Assembly: GCA_965200215.1 (NCBI GenBank)
Contig: OZ241369.1
Span: 1,387,071 to 1,451,070, forward strand
Length of the DNA stretch: 64,000 bases
Source: Alphaproteobacteria bacterium
GTDB taxonomy: Bacteria; Pseudomonadota; Alphaproteobacteria; SP197
Reading direction: 5' to 3'
Below are positions 9,803 to 17,575 of the stretch, piece by piece (position 1 is the first letter of the stretch; the number at the start of each line of letters is the position of its first letter). The notes under the pieces were generated by a model. The model was not told the origin of the DNA. It saw only the letters and a list, made by a program, of their open reading frames with translations, and did not search any database. Position numbers and translations under genes: made by a program.

Positions 9803-10615
9803 TCAGACGACCGAGATGTCGGGTGCCTTCGGGTTTTTCATGCCGACGATGTGATAGCCGCAATCGACGTGGTGGACCTCGCCGGTGACGGCCGTCGAAA
9901 GGTCGGAGGCCAGGTAGAGCGCCGCGCCGCCTACCTCGTCCTGGGCGACGTTGCGCGCCAGCGGCGCATTGAGCTCGTTCCACTTCAGGATGTAGCGGAA
10001 ATCGCCGATGCCCGAGGAGGCGAGCGTCTTGAGCGGCCCGGCCGAGATGGCGTTGACGCGGATCGCCCGTTCGCCCAGGTCCGCCGCCAGGTAGCGGACG
10101 CTGGCCTCCAGGGCCGCCTTGGCGACGCCCATGACGTTGTAATGGGGCATCCAGCGCTCGGCGCCGTAATAGGTCAGCGTAAGCAGGCTGCCGCCGCCGG
10201 CCATCAGCTCCGCCGCCCGGCGGGCGACGGCTGTGAAGCTGTAGCAGGAGACGTCCATGGTCTGCAGGAAGTTCTCGCGGCTGGTGTCGGCATAGCGGCC
10301 CTTGAGCTCTTCCTTGTCGGAGAAGGCGATGGCGTGGACGACGAAATCGAGGCCGCCCCAGCACCCGGCCAGCCGCTCGAAGATGCGGTCGAGATCGCCG
10401 TCCGAGGTGGCGTCGCAATCGGCGGCGAAGGCCGCGCCGACGCTTTCGGCCAGCGGGCGGGCGCGCCGGCCCAGCGCCTCGCCCTGATAGGTGAAGGCCA
10501 GTTCGGCGCCGTGCGCCGCCAGGGTGCGGGCGATGCCCCAGGCGATGGAACGCTCGTTGGCCACGCCCATGACGAGGCCGCGCTTGCCGGCCATCAGGGG
10601 GCCGGTGCCGTTCAC
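9803..10615 (-). CDS. fabI: enoyl-ACP reductase
   Basis: GKRGLVMGVAN..SIAWGIA, YNVMGVAKAALE, NAISAGP; alternative ATG start at 10594. Confidence 0.97.
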   Translation of the reverse strand: MNGTGPLMAGKRGLVMGVANERSIAWGIARTLAAHGAELAFTYQGEALGRRARPLAESVGAAFAADCDATSDGDLDRIFERLAGCWGGLDFVVHAIAFSDKEELKGRYADTSRENFLQTMDVSCYSFTAVARRAAELMAGGGSLLTLTYYGAERWMPHYNVMGVAKAALEASVRYLAADLGERAIRVNAISAGPLKTLASSGIGDFRYILKWNELNAPLARNVAQDEVGGAALYLASDLSTAVTGEVHHVDCGYHIVGMKNPKAPDISVV

Positions 10616-10870
10616 GGGTGCCTGGCCACGGCGCCTTGCGGGCGCGCCTCAGGCGGGCGCGCCGGCGCAAAGCGCGGCAGTGGTCTTCGCCATGGTCCGC
10701 TCCCCCGGAAGGCGGCCCCCTGGTCCCGGCCGGGAAATCTGGCCATAACGGGGCGGGCGCCTGCCCGGCAGTATGGGCGGGCGGGCGGCGACAGTAAAGG
10801 CAGGCGGCGGCGGGCGCCCCGTCGATGGATGGCACCGGCCGCGCCTGGCGGGCGGGCGCGGAGCGAGGCG

Positions 10871-11467
10871 ATGGCCGGCATGGAAGGGGGCGACCCCTTC
10901 GACATCTTCTCCCGCTGGTATGCCGAAGCGGCCGGCTGCGGCCTCGCCGAGCCGACGGCGGTGGCGCTGGCGACGGCCGACGGCGACGGCCGCCCCTCGC
11001 TGCGCATGGTGCTGCTGAAGGAGCACGGGCCGGAGGGCTTCGTCTTCTACACCAATCTCGAAAGCCGCAAGGGCCGGGAGCTGCTCGCCAACCCGCAGGC
11101 GGCGCTGTGTTTCCACTGGATGCCGCTGGCCCGCCAGGTGCGCGTGGAAGGCCGGGCGCGCCCGGTCGGCGACGACGAGGCCGACGCCTATTTCGCCGGC
11201 CGCGACCGCGCCAGCCGCATCGGCGCCTGGGCCTCCCACCAGTCCCGGCCCATGGAGAGCGCCCGCCAGCTGGAGAGGAACGTGGCCAGGGAGACGCTGC
11301 GCTTCCGGCTGGCCCGCGTGCCGCGCCCGCCCCACTGGTCGGGCTTTCGCATCGTGCCCGGGGCCATCGAGTTCTGGCGCGCCCGTCCCTTCCGACTGCA
11401 CGAGCGCATCGTCTTCGCCCGCGACGCCGACGACGCCCCCTGGCGCGTCCGGCGCCTCTTTCCCTGA
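10871..11467 (+). CDS. pdxH: pyridoxamine 5'-phosphate oxidase
   Basis: RMVLLK, FYTN..SRKG, RQVRVEG, IGAWAS.QS, PPHWSG, EFW, RLHER; divergent from fabI as is typical in Alphaproteobacteria. Confidence 0.96.
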   Translation: MAGMEGGDPFDIFSRWYAEAAGCGLAEPTAVALATADGDGRPSLRMVLLKEHGPEGFVFYTNLESRKGRELLANPQAALCFHWMPLARQVRVEGRARPVGDDEADAYFAGRDRASRIGAWASHQSRPMESARQLERNVARETLRFRLARVPRPPHWSGFRIVPGAIEFWRARPFRLHERIVFARDADDAPWRVRRLFP

Positions 11468-11470
11468 GCC

Positions 11471-12499
11471 ATGGCGGTCATCGACCAGCACCAGGCCCGG
11501 CTCATGCGGCTGGCCACCATCGCCTCGGTGGCGGTGGCCTCGGTGCTGATCGTCGTCAAGGTCGCCGCGGCACTGGCGACCGGTTCGGCGAGCCTGCTCT
11601 CGTCGCTGGTCGATTCCCTGCTGGACGCCTTCGCCTCGTTGGTCAACCTCTTCGCCGTCCGCCATGCCCTGCGGCCTGCCGACCGGGAACACCGCTTCGG
11701 CCACGGCAAGGCGGAGCCGCTGGCCGCCCTGGCGCAATGCGCCTTCATCGCCGGTTCGGCCATCTTCATCGTCATCGAGGCCGCCGGCCGGCTGGCGGCG
11801 GCGCAGACGGTCGAAAACGGCGATCTCGGGATCGCGGCCATGGCCTTCTCGCTGGTCGTCACCGTGCTGCTGGTGGCCTTCCAGAGTCATGTGGCGAAGC
11901 GCACCGGCTCCACGGCCATCGGCGCCGACGCCCTGCACTACCGCATGGACATCGCCATGAATGTCGGCGTCATCGCAGCGCTGGTGGCCGCCACCCGCTT
12001 CGGCCTATGGTGGGCGGACGGCGTGACCGCCATCGCCATCGCCTGCTGGATTTCGCGCGGCACCTGGCGGCTGGCGCGCCGTTCCCTCGACCTGCTGATG
12101 GATCGGGAGTTTCCCGACGAGGAGCGCGCCCGCATCGAGGAGATCGTGCGGGCCCACCCCGAAACCCGCGGCCTGCACGACCTGCGCACCCGCAGCGCCG
12201 GCCTTCAGCCCTTCGTGCAGCTGCATCTGGAGCTGGACCCCGAGCTCACCTTGCTGCGCGCCCACGAGATCGCCGACGAGGTGGAGGCCGGCATCGTGGC
12301 GGCCTTCCCCGGCGCCGAGGTCATCGTCCACCAGGACCCGGCGGGAATCGAGCAACCCCACGGCATCGGCGGGGGCACAGCAGCACGCCCTCGTGCTGCG
12401 GATGAAAGAGAACCAGCACGCCCTCGTGCTGCGGATGAAGGAGAACCGGCACGTCCTCATGCCGCGGACGACGGGCGCGACGCGGAGCGGGGCCCGTGA
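11471..12499 (+). CDS. fieF: cation diffusion facilitator (FieF/YiiP-like) with a repeat-derived C-terminal tail
   Basis: DSLLD, PADREHRFGHGKAE, ADALHY..D, HDLRTR, HQDP; tail [11 protein letters not shown] x3. Confidence 0.9.
   Translation: MAVIDQHQARLMRLATIASVAVASVLIVVKVAAALATGSASLLSSLVDSLLDAFASLVNLFAVRHALRPADREHRFGHGKAEPLAALAQCAFIAGSAIFIVIEAAGRLAAAQTVENGDLGIAAMAFSLVVTVLLVAFQSHVAKRTGSTAIGADALHYRMDIAMNVGVIAALVAATRFGLWWADGVTAIAIACWISRGTWRLARRSLDLLMDREFPDEERARIEEIVRAHPETRGLHDLRTRSAGLQPFVQLHLELDPELTLLRAHEIADEVEAGIVAAFPGAEVIVHQDPAGIEQPHGIGGGTAARPRAADEREPARPRAADEGEPARPHAADDGRDAERGP
12374..12475 (+). repeat. repeat family A, three 33-bp units in frame inside fieF
   Basis: CAGCACGCCCTCGTGCTGCGGATGAA(A/G)GAGAAC x2 plus a degenerate third unit. 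Confidence 0.92.
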
Positions 12500-13092
12500 A
12501 GGGCGGCTCCCGCGCGCCCGGTGCCCGCCTGGTGCTCGCCTCGCGCTCGCCCCGCCGCCTGGCGCTGCTGGCGCAGATCGGCTTCGCGCCCGACGAGATC
12601 GTCCCCGCCGATCTCGACGAGGCGCCCCTCGATGGCGAGCTGCCGCGCGACATGGTCCGCCGCCTCGCCCGCGCCAAGGCGGCGCATGTCGCCGCGCTGC
12701 GCCCCGGCGCCGTGGTCCTGGGCGCCGACACGGCGGTCGCCTGCGGGCGCCGCATCCTGCCCACCCCTGCCGACGAGCGGGCGGCGCGGCGCGGGCTGGA
12801 GCGGCTTTCCGGGCGCCGCCACATGGTCCATGGCGGCGTCTGCGTCGTCGCCGGCGGCGGGGTGCGGGTTCGCCACGTCGCCACCCGCGTCGCCTTCAAG
12901 CAGCTCTCGGCGGAAGAGACGGCGTGGTATCTGGCCAGCGGCGAATGGCGGGGCAAGGCCGGCGGCTATGCCATCCAGGGCCGGGCCGCCGCCTTCGTGG
13001 CGCTGATCAACGGCTCCTGCAGCAATGTCGTCGGCCTGCCGCTGCGCGAAACGGCGCAGCTGCTGGCGGCCGCCGGCCTGCGCCCGTCGTAA
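12496..13092 (+). CDS. maf: Maf-family nucleoside triphosphate pyrophosphatase
   Basis: LVLASRSPRR, GADT, KAGGYAIQG, NVVGLP. Confidence 0.95.
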   Translation: MKGGSRAPGARLVLASRSPRRLALLAQIGFAPDEIVPADLDEAPLDGELPRDMVRRLARAKAAHVAALRPGAVVLGADTAVACGRRILPTPADERAARRGLERLSGRRHMVHGGVCVVAGGGVRVRHVATRVAFKQLSAEETAWYLASGEWRGKAGGYAIQGRAAAFVALINGSCSNVVGLPLRETAQLLAAAGLRPS

Positions 13093-13095
13093 GCC

Positions 13096-14325
13096 ATGGC
13101 CGCCGCGCCCGACAGGCTGCTCGTCGAGGCGACGCCGCTGGCGGTGCGCGTCGCGCTCATGGCCGGTTCTCGCCTGCTGGAACTCCATATCGACCGGCCC
13201 GGCGGCATCGCCGCGGACGACGTCTTCGCCGGGCGGGTGGTGCGGATCGCGCCCGCCATCGGCGCCGCCTTCGTCGATCTGGGGCCGGCGGGGACCGGCC
13301 TGCTGCGGGCCGGCGACGCCTGCGGGGCGGGGCCGCTGTGCGGGCGCCTTCACGAGGGCCAGCGCCTCGCCGTCGCCATCGGGACCGCCGCCCGCGACGA
13401 CAAGGGGCCGCTGCTGACGCAGCGCTTCGACGATCCGCAGGCCGCCCTGCACGCCGCCGCCCAGGCCGGGCCGCCGCGCCCGCTGCGGCGCGGCCCGCCG
13501 GTGCTGGAACGCCTGGCGGCGCGCTATCCCGAGGCCCGCATCGTGGCCGAGGGCGCCGGCCTCGCGGCGGCACCCCGCGCTGTGGACGCAGACGTCGCGC
13601 TGCGGACGGTGGCCCTCCTGAAGCGGCGGTGCGACGCGGATGGCACCGCCCGGCATCGCGGCCGACGGCCGCTGTTCGAGGAGGCCGGCGTGGACGAGCA
13701 GCTGGCCCGCGCCCTGGCGGCGGAGGTGGCGCTTGCCTCCGGGGCCAGGCTGCGCTTCGAGACCGGCCGCACGCTGACTGCCATCGACCTCGACAGGGCC
13801 GCCGCCAGCGGACGGGCGGGCAGCGATGCGGCGATCAATCTGGAAGCGGTGCCGGTGCTGGCCCGCCAGCTGCGGCTGCGCAATCTGGCGGGCCTGACGG
13901 TCGTCGATTTCCTCAACGCCGCCCCGCGCGACGGCCGCCGGCTGATGGCGCGGCTGGCGGCGGCGCTGAAGGACGATCCGGCCGAGACCTCGCTGGACGG
14001 CCCGTCGCGCTTCGGCCTGGTGCAGATCGCACGCCAGCGGCTGGGGCCGCCGCTGGCCGAAGCCGTCGGCCCGCCCGCGCGGGCTGCGGCCGAGGCGCTG
14101 GCGCGGCAGCTGGCCAGGGAGGCGCGGGCCGGGCCGGCGACGGCCTTCGAGGTCCGCGCCTCGCCGCAGGTGACGGCGGCGCTGCTGGGCGCGGACGGGG
14201 GCGCGACCATCGCCCGCTGGCTCGGCCGCGGCGTCGCGGCGCTGGCCGAGGACGGGCGCCGCCACGACGACTTCGCCATCGCGCCGGCCGGTCGTGTCGG
14301 CGCCACGCGCCACCCTTCAGGCTGA
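13096..14325 (+). CDS. ribonuclease E/G family protein (short, divergent RNase G-like)
   Basis: S1-like GRVVRI...AAFVDLG, LTAID, N.EA...ARQLRLRNLAG..VVDF, GLVQI.RQR; lies between maf and yacG. Confidence 0.85.
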   Translation: MAAAPDRLLVEATPLAVRVALMAGSRLLELHIDRPGGIAADDVFAGRVVRIAPAIGAAFVDLGPAGTGLLRAGDACGAGPLCGRLHEGQRLAVAIGTAARDDKGPLLTQRFDDPQAALHAAAQAGPPRPLRRGPPVLERLAARYPEARIVAEGAGLAAAPRAVDADVALRTVALLKRRCDADGTARHRGRRPLFEEAGVDEQLARALAAEVALASGARLRFETGRTLTAIDLDRAAASGRAGSDAAINLEAVPVLARQLRLRNLAGLTVVDFLNAAPRDGRRLMARLAAALKDDPAETSLDGPSRFGLVQIARQRLGPPLAEAVGPPARAAAEALARQLAREARAGPATAFEVRASPQVTAALLGADGGATIARWLGRGVAALAEDGRRHDDFAIAPAGRVGATRHPSG

Positions 14326-14328
14326 GCC

Positions 14329-14574
14329 ATGGCGACTTCGCCCGCAGCCGGCGCCGGAAGCGGCAAGCCCTGCCCCCTGTGCGGCCGGCCGGGGCAAGCC
14401 CGCTTCGCGCCCTTCTGTTCCCACCGCTGCCGCCTGCGCGACCTCGCCCACTGGATCGGCGGCGACGAGCCCTATGTCATTCCCGGACGCCCGCTCCTTG
14501 CCGGCGAGGGCGAGGCCCCGCCGCCGCAAGACGAGGCCGGCGGCAGCCGCCGGCACCGGGACGACGAGCGATGA
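14329..14574 (+). CDS. yacG: DNA gyrase inhibitor
   Basis: CPLCG...PFCS.RC...DL..W....Y.IP. Confidence 0.92.
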   Translation: MATSPAAGAGSGKPCPLCGRPGQARFAPFCSHRCRLRDLAHWIGGDEPYVIPGRPLLAGEGEAPPPQDEAGGSRRHRDDER

Positions 14575-14642
14575 ATGCCCTGGACAGGCGGGCGCGAATT
14601 CCCTAAACAGCCGCCCTTCCCGACGGTGGCGGCGCGTTCCCT

Positions 14643-14715
14643 GCCCAGGTAGCTCAGTCGGTAGAGCACATGACTGAAAATCATGGTGTCGGTGGTTCGA
14701 TTCCACCCCTGGGCA
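14643..14715 (+). tRNA. tRNA-Phe(GAA); CCA not fully encoded
   Basis: GCCCAGG/CCTGGGC acceptor stem, anticodon arm CATGA-CTGAAAA-TCATG, GTTCGATTC T-loop. Confidence 0.97.
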
Positions 14716-14842
14716 CCGGCGCCCCCGCGTGGCCGCTTGCGGGCGGGGCGCCCGTCGCTATCATCGCCGGTGCCGCCCGCGGCCGGCGCGGAGCCGGACA
14801 GGGTGGGCGGCGTTCGCCCGCACCGCGATAGGGAGCTTTGCC

Positions 14843-15034
14843 ATGACAACGCCAGCCCGGCTCGCCGCCCGCGCCCTCGCCGCCTTCGCCGCCGACCGGC
14901 GGGGCCTGATGAAGACCGAGCGCGTGCTGCTGGCGGGCGCCCTGGCCTTCGCCATCGTCGCCATCCTGTTGCTGCTGGGGGTCGACATCCTGGGCTGGTT
15001 CGGCGTCGAGCCACCCGCCGAAGAGGGCGCCTGA
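14843..15034 (+). CDS. Flp/type IVb pilin-like small protein
   Basis: GGGAG RBS; leader FAADRRG, then Glu at +5 and a hydrophobic helix; 63 aa. Confidence 0.55.
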   Translation: MTTPARLAARALAAFAADRRGLMKTERVLLAGALAFAIVAILLLLGVDILGWFGVEPPAEEGA

Positions 15035-15041
15035 CCGCTCC

Positions 15042-15671
15042 TCAGCCCTCGTCCGGGGCCAGCACCTCGATCAGGATCGGCGACGGCCGGCCATCGTTGC
15101 AGGGATTGTTGGTCTGCGGGCAGTTGGAGACCACGGCCAGCGCATCCATCTCCGCCCGCAGTTCCACATAACCGCCCGGGGCGGCCTTGCCGTCGGGAAC
15201 GGGCAGGAAGGTCCGCTCCGCCAGCCTGCCGCCTTCGCCCACCGGCACATGGCAGAAGAAGTTGACGTTGGGGACGATGTCGCGCCGCCCCAGGCCGTGG
15301 CGGGCCAGTTCGGCCAGAAAGTTCTCGCGGCAGCCGGGCGCCGCGCCGGCACCGTAGAGCAGCGCGTTGCTGGGGGCGCTGCAGCAGCCGGCGACGGTGT
15401 CGTGATAGCCGCCGGCGGTGTCGGCCACCAGCGTGAAGATGGCGCGCGCTTCGTCGGAGAAGAGGCGGTGGCCGGCCGTCAGCCGCAGCGTGCCGGCGGC
15501 CTTCAGCGTGTTGGGCGCATGGTAGCGTTCGGCCGGGTCGCGGGCGTTGTAGCACAGGAAATCCACCCCCTGGCGGCCCTCCAGATCGGTGATGCGCAGA
15601 TGCCGCCCGCGCGCCACGCTGGCCGACCAGGGCCGGCCGGCGGCGAGGGTCTCGCGGGCCAGGACGCGCAT
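15042..15671 (-). CDS. DUF1989 / urea-carboxylase-associated protein (CgdB/UAAP2-like)
   Basis: DLEGRQGVDF, HDT..GCC, CRENF, NVNFF, SNCPQ.NNPCN; TGATG overlap with the upstream gene. Confidence 0.9.
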   Translation of the reverse strand: MRVLARETLAAGRPWSASVARGRHLRITDLEGRQGVDFLCYNARDPAERYHAPNTLKAAGTLRLTAGHRLFSDEARAIFTLVADTAGGYHDTVAGCCSAPSNALLYGAGAAPGCRENFLAELARHGLGRRDIVPNVNFFCHVPVGEGGRLAERTFLPVPDGKAAPGGYVELRAEMDALAVVSNCPQTNNPCNDGRPSPILIEVLAPDEG

Positions 15672-16273
15672 CACGCCACCTCCAGTTCCAGTTCGCTCAC
15701 CCGCCCGCCGGCGTTGATCTCCCAGCCCGGACGATCGAGGTCGAAGGGGCAGGAGGAGACGACGCAGATGGTGTCCATCAGCGCCTCCAGGGTCACCTGC
15801 GCGCCGGCCGGCACGGTGTTCTTCGGCGCCGACAGGCCGCCCCGCTCGTCGACGGGGACATGGGTGAAGAAGTTGATCGGCTGCGGGATCACCGGGATCT
15901 CGTAGCCCAGGCGCCGCATGGCGATCTGCAGGTTGTCGGCGCAGCTGGCATGGGGGCCGTCATGGCCGAAGAACTCGTAGCGGAAGCGGTCGCAGGCCGC
16001 CAGCAGCATGTCGTGGACGCCGCCGGCGGTGTCTTCGGTCATCTTCAGCATCGGGCGGCGGAAGCGCGACAGGAAGACATCGCCCGGGCGCGGCTTCAGC
16101 GAGAAGGTGGTCACCCAGCTGTGCGGCGGCGACAGCCACTCGCCCACATGGCCGGCGTTGAAGGAGAAGAAGTCGGCGGCCTGGCCGCCCCTGGGCGTCC
16201 TCACCGTGACGCTCTGCCCGCAGGCGACGGCGACGGCGCGCCCCTCGGCCGGCGGAACGACGATGGTCTCCAT
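15671..16273 (-). CDS. DUF1989 family protein
   Basis: GGQAADF, HDML.AACD, SCADNL, PINFF, SSCP.D. Confidence 0.9.
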   Translation of the reverse strand: METIVVPPAEGRAVAVACGQSVTVRTPRGGQAADFFSFNAGHVGEWLSPPHSWVTTFSLKPRPGDVFLSRFRRPMLKMTEDTAGGVHDMLLAACDRFRYEFFGHDGPHASCADNLQIAMRRLGYEIPVIPQPINFFTHVPVDERGGLSAPKNTVPAGAQVTLEALMDTICVVSSCPFDLDRPGWEINAGGRVSELELEVA

Positions 16274-16284
16274 GCCGTCCTCCC

Positions 16285-17001
16285 TCAGGCGGCGCGCCGG
16301 TCCAGCGCCGCGAGCTCGGCCACCACGCGGTCCGTATCGGTGACGCGGCAGTAGCCGGCATAGAGCTCCAGCGAGCGGGTGTGGCGCTCATGGGTGATGG
16401 TGGCGCAGGCGTCCTCCGGCACGGTGACCAGATAGCCCAGGTCGCAGGCGTCGCGCACCGCCGATTCGACGCACTGGTCGGTCAGCATGCCGCAGACGAT
16501 CAGCTGTTCGATCTCCAGGGCCCGCAGGACATAGTCGATGTTGGTGGAGTTGAAGACGCTCGACGACGTCTTGGGGATGACGATCTCGTCGGGCAGGCGG
16601 GCGATGGCGGCGGGGAGCCCGGCCCAGGGCGAACCCCTGGGCACGCCGATGCCGGAGATTTTGTAGTCGAGCGAAAGGTCGCGCATGTCGCGGGTGAGTG
16701 CCTCGACCACCGTGTAGAGCACCTCCGCCCCGGCGGCCCGGCAGGCGGCCTGGAGACGGGCGATGGCGGGCAGCATGACCTCGTCGATGCGCCGGAAGTG
16801 ATAGGCGAGCTCGGCGGGGATCGCCGCCGGATCGATATGGCCGTATTCGCCGTCGCCGGGCGTGCAGGTGTAGATCTGGACATCGACCACCAGCAGCGCG
16901 GCATGGCGGGCGGTGCGGATGGGGACGTGGCGGCTCAGACCGCCTCTGCCGTCGGCGGCGAAACGGGCGCGCGACATGGCGGACCCCCAGTCGGTAGGCA
17001 T
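16285..17001 (-). CDS. isochorismatase-family cysteine amidohydrolase
   Basis: LLVVDVQ, PKTSSSVF, GMLTDQCVESAVRDA.DLGY (D-K-C triad). Confidence 0.92.
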   Translation of the reverse strand: MPTDWGSAMSRARFAADGRGGLSRHVPIRTARHAALLVVDVQIYTCTPGDGEYGHIDPAAIPAELAYHFRRIDEVMLPAIARLQAACRAAGAEVLYTVVEALTRDMRDLSLDYKISGIGVPRGSPWAGLPAAIARLPDEIVIPKTSSSVFNSTNIDYVLRALEIEQLIVCGMLTDQCVESAVRDACDLGYLVTVPEDACATITHERHTRSLELYAGYCRVTDTDRVVAELAALDRRAA

Positions 17002-17054
17002 GGACGCGCCAGCCTAGCCGGTCGCCGCGCGGACTGCCAGCGCCCCCCAACGAC

Positions 17055-17496
17055 GTAGTGCCTCAGTTTGAAACATTGAGGCCGCACGCCGCGGCACTGC
17101 GTGTCGGCGTCCTGTCCGCGAGTAGCGTGAAGGATTCCGCTGCCTGCGCCTGCGAGAAGGTTCACGCCCCGGCGGGTAGCGCCAGTCGAGGACATCACCC
17201 GCAATCGCAAACCCGCCAAGGAACGCGGCATCGTGTGGATCGGGAGCGACTTCGCCATGGTCCGGCGCGACGATGGCCATATCGGGAACTCATCCCCTGG
17301 CTTGCCGTTCCGGTGGAGACGCTGGAAAGCGGCGGGCGCGGGCGAAGCGCACGCGGGGTGGTGGTGCCTGGCGGCGGGGTCCGTGCGTTGACGGGCCTTG
17401 CGGCCCGTTTGCCGCCGGGACGCCGGCGCTCCCAGGAGGCGGCTGCTGGGGGGTGGCGGCAAACGGCACCTGCCCATTTTCAAACCGGGGCACTAC
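17055..17496. mobile_element. putative non-autonomous element with 19-bp terminal inverted repeats (MITE/REPIN-like) carrying cargo
   Basis: GTAGTGCCTCAGTTTGAAA (17055-17073) and TTTCAAACCGGGGCACTAC (17478-17496) are 17/19 inverted matches; interior has a lower-GC fragment plus repeat B. Confidence 0.7.
17363..17436 (+). repeat. repeat family B (74 bp)
   Basis: GGTGCCTGG...ACGGGCC-TTGC-GGCCCGT...GGGACGCCGGCGCTCCCAGG. Confidence 0.9.
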
Positions 17497-17575
17497 CCCG
17501 GCGCCCGCAACCGCCACACCGAAGGCCCCCGCCCGGCGCAGCCCGGGCATGGGAGATGCGGCCAGGCGGCGCCCG

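Noticed and set aside
17002-17120. Guanidine riboswitch expected upstream of the DUF1989 operon
   Set aside because: No ykkC (guanidine-I) conserved segments or paired ACGR-loop hairpins were recognised; the CCTCA/TGAGG hairpin overlaps the terminal arm instead.
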